Assembly (NCBI GenBank): GCA_004022145.1 | Contig: RCNU01000001.1 | Strand: one strand, 5' to 3' | Source of the DNA: Paecilomyces variotii | Lineage: Eukaryota | DNA: 64,000 nt | Translations under genes and position numbers: made by a program | Notes under the pieces: model-generated | Database searches by the model: none | Told to the model about the DNA's origin: nothing | What the model saw: the letters and a program-made list of their open reading frames with translations, nothing else | Shown here: one piece after another, positions 13,062 to 24,543 of the stretch | How the letters are laid out: the number at the start of each line of letters is the position of its first letter | Position numbering within the stretch: position 1 is the first letter of the stretch

Positions 13062-14527
13062 CTAGAACACGGTTCCGTCACTCTCAACTAGAATAGGACT
13101 GGACCTCGTGTCTGGTCTGTGTTTCGCTGCCAACTCTCTCCCAGCCTTCCAGGTTCCTGCCTCGAGGATCTGGGCCATGCTAAGAGACAAGTCCGCTTGA
13201 TTTGTTGCTTTTGCCAAGCGCTGAACAACCAAAGGAGCTATCCTGTCCAAAAGTGCCACAGTCATGGCTCTCCATTCCACGATTACATCGTCCGCAGTAT
13301 CAAACGAACATAGCCCTGACTTTTCGTCTTTCGTGGAAGCATTAACTACCTCAGATTTGAGGGAAAGAACACCCATATCCACGAAAAGACCACCGTTGCG
13401 ATATTCTGGCAAGCCCGTCATAAGATCGTGATTTTCCCAGGTCACGCCCAGTAGACGCTGCATAGGGACAGTTAGAGAATAGGTAAGCCATTGTGTGAGT
13501 TTATGAAACGGTTGTATCACATCTGCTGGCGGATTTTTGTCGCCGATAGTGGCACCTAGGGTGCTTAGAGGCCACGCATCACCGATGGGATGCCCGTCAA
13601 TCATGGTTCTATTTGACGGCCAGATGGGTATCAATAATTTCTGAAGGGTATCCCACAGCTCGCGAATATCAACTGTCTTCCCCTTTGATAGAATAAAGTC
13701 TGCATGGTCATATAAGTTAGGCACATATTGAGCGAATGAAGCGGGAAAGAGTGGTGGATTCATACCAACAATGTTTCCAGGCCGTCCTTCCGAGCCGAAA
13801 ATCTCTGGCAAATTCATAAGTGATTTACCCAATCTTTGTAGAAGCGCCGCGCGGTCTTGAGTTCCAACAAGGGGGTTTTGCGAAGTTGCTTGCATGCCTT
13901 CTGCAAGCTGCTCCCCTGTCAAGTTCTGTAGCCCTGTACCTGTGGGCAAGAATCAGAAAAGGTCTTTCGACTGTGAAATTTAGACGTTTAACGTACCATC
14001 AACTTTCACTAGGTTTCCGCTTTTATTGTTCGTGAATAGACCCTTTTTGAACATATACAAGCTTGCTACTGCGAGTCCCTCACTTCTCGACAGGCGCATA
14101 TTGCTTCCTGGTTCCACGAATGCCCAGGTATTACCAGCACCGGCATCCAACAGCACAGAGACAAGAAACATATCTACCAGACGTCGTGCACATTCTGTAC
14201 TGTCCTGCCCGTCTGCTTTCCACTCGTCCAAAATTTCTGTGACGCGAGGAACATTACCCGCCTCGAAGTGCTGCCACCTGCCATGGGGAGGGATTTCATG
14301 GAAGCGATCTGGCCCAAAATCGCGCTATTCACATCAGCTATTGTACACAGAAACTAGAGCCATATGGACAATACCATGATCAGAGACGCAACGAAATCCG
14401 CTGCGTCGGCCATGCGGTCTTCATGGTAATCGAAGCTCCTAAGTTTTCCATCCACAGCAATGCTATACACCTTGTTTGCTCTTTCCCTAACACTTTCCAG
14501 GGACAGGAGGTAGTTGATGGCTTCCAT
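13062..14527 (-). CDS. urg3: DUF1688 / Urg3 / URC4 family uracil-catabolism protein, multi-exon
   Basis: Motifs IPPHGRWQHF, LVSVLLDAGAG, RSEGLAVAS, PFHKLTQWLTYSL, GLPEYRNGGL, IVEWRA, LEAGTWKAGRE and terminal SDGTVF. Confidence 0.92.
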
Positions 14528-14819
14528 AGTGGTAGCAACCTCTGAATAATCTGACAATCACAGAAGCGGTGATGAAGGGGAGACTGAAGTTGTGGCTGTT
14601 GAAGGAAAACGCTAATGGCAAGACTTGCAATAGCGAGACAGAGGATAGTAACGACGTGGGAATGGACAAGTTGCACTTCGGACAGAGAGAGGATAGGTCG
14701 GTTAGTTGCGGGGAAAGAACAGCGCAACATTCTCCATGTTGGACTATTGTCAGCCAGCACTCGACAAAACTAACTGGATGTATAAGGGGTGAACAATGGA
14801 ATTAGCTCACCAGCTTTGG

Positions 14820-14962
14820 ACTTGCTATCAAAGCAGAAAATACTTGACGTTGAACTGTTGATCTCTTATCGGCTCGGTTTGGACCCCGCTTATCAGCACT
14901 GATAAACAATTTACCCCTCAATCCTGATTTCCAGATAGAGTAATCAGCTCGTCTTATCGTCT
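14820..14962. promoter_or_regulatory. Cluster of six HGATAR sites in the divergent urg3/UPRT promoter
   Basis: CTATCA, TTATCG, TTATCA, TGATAA, AGATAG and TTATCG within about 140 bp. Confidence 0.6.
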
Positions 14963-15106
14963 AGCCTTGGCCTCTTGACATCTCAGCTATTGTAATATAA
15001 CTCTGATCGCTGATTGCAGTCCCATCATATTTGAAAAACATACTGAGTACGTCGTGCGACTCCATCATTGAGCCTCTCGTCCATCATTTCAATATCGCCA
15101 GCCATC

Positions 15107-15830
15107 ATGCCGAGTCCAGTACCAGGAACGACGGCAATGATTGCCGACTCGTCCTCTCTTCCAGGAAACGTTCGCGTCTCATCCAATCCGTTTGTCCAGA
15201 CCAAGGTCAACCATCTTCGCGACCGTAAGGTGAACAGTGCTGGCGTACGAATTACCACCGCTGAGATTTCACGCATCCTGGCCGTCGAAGCAACTAAAGA
15301 TGCGAACCCCACAGAGAAGGTTGGGTTGATAGTTGTCTTACGCTCTGGGTTAGCGATGTGCGATGCATTCTTGTCACAATTCTCCCCAGACGCAGACGTT
15401 GTCGTTTACCACATCGGCATGTTCCGCGAGCGAGCGTCCCTGCAGCCAGTCGAATATTATAACAAGCTTCCGAACACCAATCCAGATATCAAGCGAGTAT
15501 ACATAGTGGATCCGCTGGTTGCAACAGGTGGCACTTCAGAAGCTGTCATTGAGATCTTGAGGTAATGCCACCCCTATGGTTTCCGTTTTTATATCGAAAT
15601 CTGAGACCAAGTGCTGACCCATTGCTCTCAGAGACTGGGGAGTTGAACATATTACCTTTGTTTGCATCCTTGCTAGCAAAACTGGCCTTGAGAGAGCGGC
15701 TGCTGTATGGCCAGAAGGGACAGACTTCGTGGTGGGTGCCATTGATGAAGGCATTGACGAGAAGGGGTTCATTGTGCCTGGGATAGGTGACATCGGTGAC
15801 CGATTATTCGGGACTGGTGATTCGAAATAG
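15107..15830 (+). CDS. Uracil phosphoribosyltransferase, bacterial Upp/Urg2-like type, 2 exons (intron 15562-15631)
   Basis: VLRSGLAM, HIGMFRE..LQPVEYYNKLP, VDPLVATGGT (PRPP loop) and IVPGIGDIGDRLFGT. Confidence 0.9.
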
Positions 15831-16086
15831 ATAGAATTTATATACTACATATTCGGACTTTCTAATTTGACAACTACCTACTGTTTTGCTACCTTAAGTA
15901 TCGCGTAAGCCAAAGGCTAGGAACCGACACATGGACGGTGTTGCGATCGTGTCCCCCGTAACCACATAGACATGATCTGCCACACTTGAATCTTTCTCAG
16001 TTATGAACACGAGAATAATGCTCAAGTCGCGACTCTTCCTATCTCTATCTAGGCTTTGTGGTAGCTGTACAGATTATTGTAGCTCG

Positions 16087-16171
16087 GCCTTATCTATTGA
16101 TAAGGAGCATAGATAACCGGTGTGGAGAGCCCCGCAAATAATAGATAACGACATTCCGTCACATTGATAAT
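16087..16171. promoter_or_regulatory. Cluster of five HGATAR sites upstream of the second UPRT
   Basis: Inverted pair CCTTATC-TATT-GATAAGG plus AGATAA, AGATAA and TGATAA within about 85 bp. Confidence 0.55.
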
Positions 16172-16451
16172 GGCATCAAGAGGGACAACAGAACAGTGCC
16201 TTGGTAGCAAGTTTGTTGTTTGCAAGTATCTCAGTCACGCATATCGTTCAAGTGGACCGACCGACGGTGTTCCCCGCAATGGTAGATCAGTCTCATTCTG
16301 CTAGGCCAGCTGTCCGGTCAGTATCTGGTCCTGCTATCTTGTGGGGCACGTGAGATACGACTTCCTACCTTATTTTCTAAGAATATATCGACCTGGCTAG
16401 TCCTTACGAAGAGCTTCTCCAAAGGGAACTTTGGGACAGAGAAAGATCAGA

Positions 16452-17482
16452 ATGCACCAAGAAGTAGACGGGTCTTCGTCATCCGGGACTGCCCCGCATG
16501 ATCAGGAAAATAGCAATATTTTCGAAAATGGAAGCCAGTACACTTCGAATGTCGTTGTTCTTCGATGTACTCCCTTGCTGCGATCTTGGATGACCACCAT
16601 TCGGGATGCTCGAACAGACGGGCATACCTTTCACAAAGCCGTGGAACAGGTATCTAGAATGATATTATTTGAAGGTATATCTTTCAATAAACCCTCAACC
16701 TTTTTCCAGCTACAGGTTTGGCAACATCAGCGCCTGGCTAACCACTATAATCGCACACAGCGTTGAATCTCGTACCGTCAGAACTAATCTCAGTCACGAC
16801 TCCAACCGGAGCTACCTATGCCGGGACAAGACCTACGAAGGGTGTCTGCGGTGTGAGTATACTGCGTGCAGGAGCTAGTTTGGAACAGGCCCTGAGAGAT
16901 TGCTGGAAGTACGTTTAAAACTTTACACATCGCACTTGATATTATAGCTATTTCATATCCACAGTTAACTTCGCGACTGCAGCTAACTAAATGCGTACAG
17001 CGGTTCCTTAAACTTCGGCAAGATCCTCATCCAGCGTGACGAAGAAACCGCGCTTCCTACGCATATGTATTCGAAATTTCCCAACGATATAAGGGAGAGA
17101 AGTACGCCATCTCCAGACGGCTTCAAAGGAATGTAATATAGGATAAACTAATACTTGTGTTCTTTGAAGTGATCCTACTCCTCGAACCGATGCTCGCCAC
17201 CGGAGGCTCGGCATGCAAAGCCATCAGTATTATCAAAGAACAAGGCGTCCCCGAATCAAACATTATTTTTGTCAATGTTATCGCATCAACGCATGGGTTA
17301 GGGGTCATTGGGAAGCAATTCCCTGACGTCACAGTCGTCACAGCTGCTGTCGATAGCGATTTGGATGAGAAGAAGTAGGTTTTTGTCGTTCCTGTCTCCG
17401 TTATATTTGCTATGACTGACTTCTCAAAAGACGCATCGTTCCCGGTTTAGGAGACTTTGGTGATCGGTTCTATGGGACATGA
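16452..17482 (+). CDS. Uracil phosphoribosyltransferase, eukaryotic Fur1-like type, 5 exons
   Basis: Spliced reading gives VCGVSILRAGAS, GKILIQRDEET, LEPMLATGGSA and RIVPGLGDFGDRFYGT*. Confidence 0.88.
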
Positions 17483-18495
17483 ATCTTACTTGGCTGCTGT
17501 TTGATTCAGGGTTTCATGACAGGCTGAAGCAATCTGATGCTTGGATTCTGCAGAAAGCTCATGCTACATGTCTCCATGGGTGGCCTCGCTAATGCAAAGG
17601 CGTGGGAGTGGGAGAATAGGGGCAGCAGCTCCCCAGGTAGGTAGGGAGTCTCCGACCGCATCGACATCCATATTATCCTGGATACACCTATATTTCATTG
17701 AAATCGTTTATATTTAAGCGAGGCTCCGCTCGCAAATGTTTAGGGGGGAAAAATAATATACGAAAGTCGCCAAGAGATTCTGACTGGCTAACGCTGATGC
17801 ATCTACTTTGGGTGAACAAAAGATGTTAGCCTTTTCTCTGTTCTTATGCCTTGTTAAAGATTTACTCGTTAGAATTAGTCCACAGCAAGAGGCTCAAGAT
17901 TCACATCTAATATCTAACTGTATAGTTGCGGCTAGTAAAGTCTACCTGCCTATGGTTCTCGATGCCCATTTGCTATGGTTTCCCTTCCACGGATGAAGCT
18001 GTTGGCGGTATCGAGACGCCAGAATATGAAGAGGCCCAATATAGAATCTGTGTATAAAGGCTATGCTTCTGAAATAAGTTCGTGGTCAATAGTTTCTGGA
18101 GTTGTGTCGGATTTCTTAGAAATGGTCTTGATTTCAGAGAACACTCGAGGCATATTGGAATAGCATGGTATCTATCATGATCTCTTTTCTTTTCATCTCT
18201 CGTTGAATTAGAAACAATCTCGAGGTCTTACAACATTGCTCATTACATCGCGTACCACTGTAAATATCGCCTTTGGCGTCGGTCACGATCATATCATATC
18301 AAACGACCTCGCAGTAAGCACCTCCTTACGTCTGGCAGACCTCATCCAGACCGCATGCAGCATTATCCCAAATCACATATTGTGCTTCAGCAGCATGGCA
18401 GGGACTGCCGCAACCTCAACCATATCCGACAGTAACGTTGCGTTTTTATTATTTTTTATCCTTTTGAAGGAGAAGCCGGAGAGACAACACTTGAT

Positions 18496-20256
18496 TTATT
18501 GCTCTTGGCTGTAGTTTGCATGGGATCGAGGATTCTTGATAGTCTTTTTGATGATCTCTTCGACCTCGTCCCAGTCACGGGTGTCGATGCGGGTAATATC
18601 GGTCTTGAAGAAATCCTGAATGGCCATGAGCATCTGCCACTCTTCCCTGTTCGCAACGAAGGAGATGGAGACTCCGACACGACCGAAACGACCCGTGCGA
18701 CCGATACGGTGCAGGTAAGTCTGACAGTCGGCCTTGCGCTGGCGGGATGTGGGATCGTGTAGCTCCGGAATATCCTACGGGAAGTTAGCTTCAAGAAGGC
18801 AGATGTCCTGAAATAGCAGAATACTCACATAGTTGATGACCATGGAGACGGTTGAAACGTCGATTCCACGGGCAAGGACGTTGGTCGTGATCAGAACCTT
18901 AGCCTCACCACTTCGGAACTTGTCAATGGTGTCATCACGCTTTGATCCTTCGACACCACCAGTGAGCGAGACGACAGTATGACCTTCCGCAGTCATGCGC
19001 TTCTCGATTTCCTGCGCCGATTGACGGGTCTAGTGAAACATGAGTAACATACGATTTATCTCTCGAGAAATTAACTCACCTTGACAAAGATAATAGAAGA
19101 TCCAATTGTGAGAAGACCGTACAACTTCACAAGAACGTTGTACTTGTCTTCGTCGCTCTCACAGTCAAGGTACAGCTGTTTAATGCCTTCCACAGTCAAG
19201 TCCTCGTGCTCAAGTGTTATTTCGTTGGCGCCGGGGGCGAACTTAGACGCGTAGCGATGAACATGGGTAGGGAAGGTGGCAGAGAAGAGGACGACTTGAA
19301 CTGTCTTCGGAAGCAACCTAAATCAGGTCAGCAAGTACAAGGTGAAAATAAGGCCCAGGATGCACGAACTGTTTGACGCGGATACACTGATCGCCCATAC
19401 CCTGCAGATCAAGCATGTTGTCTGCCTCATCAAGGACAAGGACCTTCAGGCGCTGTGTCAGGAAGATACGTTTCTTGATCTGGTCCATGACCGTTCCGGG
19501 CGTACCAACGACCACGGAACATTCAAGTCTGGACGGACGGCTGTGCGTGTCAGCCGGGACAGCAGTACCGACAACCAAGCCCTCGACGAAGGAGCCCATG
19601 ACCTGGATAACACCGACGATCTGACGGGCAAGCTCTCGACTGGGAGCAAGGACCAATGCCTGAGGGCTCTTCTGCATTTCCGGGGTGCTGAGGTCCAAGC
19701 GGCTGAGAATATTCAAGACGAAAGCAGCCGTTTTACCAGTACCCGACTGAGACTGTCCGATCATGTTCGTCGGTGGGTTGTTGAGCAGAAGAGGAAGGGC
19801 ACGTTCCTGGATCTTCGAAGGCTTCCGGAAGTTCATCATGGTCAGACCACGGAGAATAGCCGGCTCCCTAGAAAACAGACATTAGAGGGAAAATCACACA
19901 CTGAGGAGAAGGCGCACTCACAATCCAAGCTCCTCGAAAGTCTTGATAGAGAATAAAGGGTTGTTTGGATCCGCTTGCAGATCACTCAGCTTGACATTGA
20001 CATTGTATTCCGGTTCGTGAAGATCGGTGCCACCCAACGCGGAGGGCGCACCATCAGTCTGTGGAATAGAAGTGTCCTGTGTCTTGTTCGCCGCACCAGC
20101 ATCATCATTTTGCGTCGAAGAGGCCACCTCGTCGGCCCAAGATGTTGAGGTGTTCGAAGCTTGCGGCGCACCGGAGGTCGCGTCGTCCGGCTGGGAGATG
20201 CGATCCTCCAGAGAATTCCCAGTCTTCGGGACCTCAGCTGCCTGTTCTGAGGCCAT
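18496..20256 (-). CDS. dbp5: DEAD-box RNA helicase Dbp5 (mRNA export), multi-exon
   Basis: [54 protein letters not shown] and [13 protein letters not shown]. Confidence 0.96.
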
Positions 20257-20984
20257 CTCTGCAATTGTGGTAGATTATATCTAGCAAAAGACAGCTAATA
20301 GGTCGTGATCGTGTGAGGGAAAAGAGTTGTGGTGGCGAGCTGAAATATCAGCAGAAAGACGGCGGGGTAGAGTGTTGCAAGGAGAATGCAGAGCTCGCGT
20401 ATCCACCGAAGATATCTTGAGAGCCAGCAAATGCAGTTGTCACTGGTCTATCCCGCACTACCAGAGGCAAGGCGAAGAGCTTGACCAGGACAAAAGGGAG
20501 CAAAGGGAGTGTGAATGGAGAGAACCTGACGACAATCAAAAAGAGCTCGCGGTCCCTGAGCACTTGGTGTTGCACCGCGGGGACTCTAAGCTGCTTTGGG
20601 GCAACAAACGAGCGGCAGGGCTGTAAGTTTGGTTTTGGTACGGTAAGGGGCGCCACAGCTTCCTGGCAGACACGCGGCCAGGCTTGTCTTGGTATGGTCA
20701 TACTTAGTCGCCAGCGAAACGGACAGCCTCCCCCGCTGGCGTAATGGCTCCCCAGCATTCACGCGTGGATACTCTAAGGAACCGCCGCAATCAAGTATTA
20801 TCCTCTGAATCCTACACATCACCGTGCTTGCGCCGTGTCAACAAGAGAGCAGATCTTGCTGCAGATCAGGGGGCCGATGACGCCTCTACTGACCGCCTGC
20901 CAGCATTAGCCTTCCACTTACTTCCAGCTGGTTCATACCTCCCATGCGCTTGTGATTCAAGATACAAACAGGCTCCAACTAGGC

Positions 20985-23538
20985 ATGGCGCAGTCCAATA
21001 TCACCCCCCAATTTGGGGCGGAGTTGAAGGTATTTTCATACAGGTTCAATGCTTTCTATCTGTGGTCTAACAGTCTTTGCAATCAGGATGCATTCAAACC
21101 AATTAACGCATGGGTACGCCTTCCCAGACCGCAATCACTGAATTGCTTCGACCCCCCGAACCCCTCCGGAGAATGATGGCTGAGAAGAGGAACTCTAGGT
21201 CTCTAGCGGAATTTCGTGGTTGGATGAGATACAACAATTCTATCGAGAAAGAAGCGCTATCGAGAAGGAATATGCCACGAAGCTGACTGCTTTGTGTAAG
21301 AAATACTCGGATCGAAAGGCGAAGAAGTCGAGCAGTCTGAGCGTAGGAGATACCCCGAGCATGACTCCGGGTTCTCTTGAATGCGCTTCCTTGACGACAT
21401 GGTCGGCCCAACTGACGGCCGTCGAGGCTCATGCTGCGGAGCGCGACAGATTCGGGACGGAGTTGGTGGCACAGGTTGCAGAACCCCTCAAAGTCGCAGC
21501 AGTTCAATATGAAGACCTCCGGAAATGCCACGCAGACTACTATGCGAAACTCGAGAAAGAACGGGATGCGTCGTACGGCGACCTGAAGAAGGTCAAAGGG
21601 AAGTACGATGCCGCGTGCCAGGAAGTCGAGAACAGACGCAAGAAGATGGAATCTTCCTTTGATCATGGAAAAGCCAAAGCGCAGAATGCATATCAACAAC
21701 AGATCCTGGAGATGAATAACGTTAAGGTGCGTCATTGTGCGTTGCTCATTCTTCGGAGCATTATTATGATTATTATGATTGTGTTGTTGTTGTTTTCTTC
21801 TTTTGGTCGCTCTAACGGAGATTTCGTAGAATACCTACCTCATCAGCATCAATGTGACGAATAAGCTGAAGGAAAAGTACTATAACGAGTACGTGCCGGA
21901 GGTGTTGGATGTAAGGCACTTTTTCCTTGTTTCTAACTCAGCGACCGAACTAACGGGTTTGATCAGAGCCTTCAAGACCTGAACGAGACAAGGGTTGCAA
22001 AGTTGGACACATTGTGGTCTTTGGCAGCACAGCTGGAGCTGTCATCGCTCTCGAGGAGTACGGAACACATCAAAAACCTGTCTAATGAGATACCTCGTAA
22101 CGAACCGCGGCTCGACTCCCTCATGTTCATGCGTCACAATGTCACTCAATGGCAGGATCCTCCGGACATGGCTTTTGAGCCAAGTCCTGTCTGGCACGAC
22201 GACGACGCCATCGTGACGGATGAAGCAGCGAAGGTCTTCCTCCGTAATCTGCTAACTAAGAGCAAAGGACAAGTAAGAGAGCTAAAGATGGAGGTTGACT
22301 CGAAGCGACGGGAAGTCGAGAGCGCAAGGCGAGTCAGGCAGAATGTGAGGCAAGGAAAGGACAACAGGGATGAGGTCGAGGCTGTAAAGTCTATGTTCTT
22401 CCTCCAAGACGCATTACATGAGGTAGATCGCAGGCGCCTCACATCAGAGGTTGAGATGTCGACGATCATTTCTGCAGTCGGCGACGTGTCACTTGGAGCG
22501 AAGAATCACAATTTCAGATCCCAGACATTCAAGATACCCACCAACTGTGATCTTTGTGGTGAGCGCATTTGGGGACTGTCAGCCAAAGGCTTTGACTGCC
22601 GTGATTGCGGATACACTTGCCACAGCAAGTGTCAAATGAAGGTGCCGGCCGAGTGCCCCGGAGAGCAAACAAAAGAGGAAAAGAAAAAACTCAAGGCGGA
22701 GCGACAAGAGGCGGCCAATGCTAAGCCTGTCTATGAGACTGCGTCGCCCGATAGTGCCTCTGATATGCCGTCACTAAGCCGACGAGACACCATGAACTCC
22801 CTGAGTTCCGGTTACGCGGCTAGTGCGACGAGGTCCATCTCTGCATCAACTACCAAGCCAGAACTTTCTACATCCTCAGCTTCGATCAATAAACCTGCTC
22901 CGGTGAAAAGAAGCCGAGTCGTAGCACCCCCGCCTGCGCAGTACGCTCCTCCCGCCAACGGCTCAGGCTCTGTCCTTGGTACCTCGCTCAAGTCCAGTGA
23001 GCCAAGGGGAAGAATGCTTTACCAATACCAAGCGAATGGCGAAGGTGAAATCAGTGTTGGAGAAGGCCAAGATGTGGCCCTAGTCGAACCAGATGGTAAA
23101 TCCCTTTCAACTATCTCCGGTCGTATTATCTAACCTGTAGCAGATGGCTCCGGCTGGATAAGCGTTCGTGCCGGTTCTCAAGAGGGCCTGGTCCCTGCCT
23201 CGTATGTCGAGATTTTTCCACCATCCTCTCCCGTCCCATCTGCTAGTCCTGGTCTGGCTGATCGTCCCGCCTCGACATATTCCAACTCGTCGGCGTCGCA
23301 AGCAGGAAGCGTAGCAACGAAGCGTGTTGGTCCTGCCGTCGCGCCCAAGAGAGGTGCTAAGAAACTGCAATATGTCGAGGCGCTATATGATTACGAGGCC
23401 CGTAGCGACGCGGAATGGAGCATGGTTGAAGGTGACCGTTTCGTCTTGATCAATCGAGATAGCGGTAATGGATGGGCTGATGTCGAGAGAGGTGGGCAAA
23501 CAAAGAGTGTTCCCGCAAACTACATTCAGGAAGTGTAG
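20985..23538 (+). CDS. bzz1: Bzz1 actin-assembly protein (F-BAR, C1, two SH3 domains), multi-exon including a 27-nt micro-exon at about 21087-21113
   Basis: FGAELKD, FYRERSAIEKEYA (F-BAR), HNF..CDLC..C..C...CH..C...C (C1 domain), and SH3 motifs GLVPASYV and ALYDYEA..GWA..SVPANYI. Confidence 0.95.
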
Positions 23539-24543
23539 TTTTGCAGGTTTCCGCTCATAAAGTGCTGGACGGCAGCCTTTGACGGTATGAGACGGCGGTT
23601 GTGGGATGTTTGCTGTGAGTAGACTTCTTTGTTGGTTCATATACATACTGGCGTCATTGATCCTTGTGCATTATCACTTGGCAGGCGTGTAAATCTTGGA
23701 CTTTAGAGATTCATGTGACGCCCGCCACTGTTGTGGTAAAATTTTTGGTTTATATCCGATACCTCCCACTTCTTGGGCTCACCATGTTGCATTCTATCCT
23801 TTGGTTGCTTTCAACTCATACTCGTATATGTTACCAAGTCATGTTGCCCTTTCTATCCCTCTTGCCCTCATGGAACAGCACGAAGCCTTTGATAGACTAT
23901 GTTATCATTGGTTACAACAAGATACTCATGTATAGCTCACATTCAAATGATATCCTTATATAATTCCATTTAATCAGTTTGGTTTTTGAATTAATAGCAA
24001 CCAGCTCTCTTTGCAGTGGACAAGGGATGGCGTTTCGACTCTCGGTTTCTGTGGTTCACAGATGCAATACCTGTTGCCACATCTCCAGCCCATGGTTGTC
24101 CAGGACTCCAGCGATTTGGATATCGACAATTTTCAGCGTGCTATATATCGATAGCCTGCTCTCATGATGCTCATAAAACAGTGAGATTCAGGGTGGTCAC
24201 GTTAGTGCGGATAGGTCAGATCATTGAGCCTGCAACTGCACTAGCCGACTATGCACATATAAAAGAAAAACCAGGGGTTCTACAGTTTGGAAGCAAAGAA
24301 TAACCAGATATAACGATCACGTGCGCTGAAGTGTTGTCAAGTTATAACATCGATGTGAAAACATGTTTATGTTTTCTTTTTTTGGCAGTCACGACTCTCC
24401 TGAACATATCTCCTGAATCTCTCAGCGACTCTATCAGGATCTGCTGTCGCCCTTTGGAGATCTATCGGATATTGGTTCTCATTAAGTCTGCCAGCTTGCC
24501 TTACATCTCTAAACATCTCCAAGTCCAAGCATCGACAGGCGCG

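Noticed and set aside
19342..19956. 204-aa antisense ORF over dbp5, and similar ones over bzz1, pns1 and the hydrolase
   Set aside because: Antisense shadows of well-supported genes
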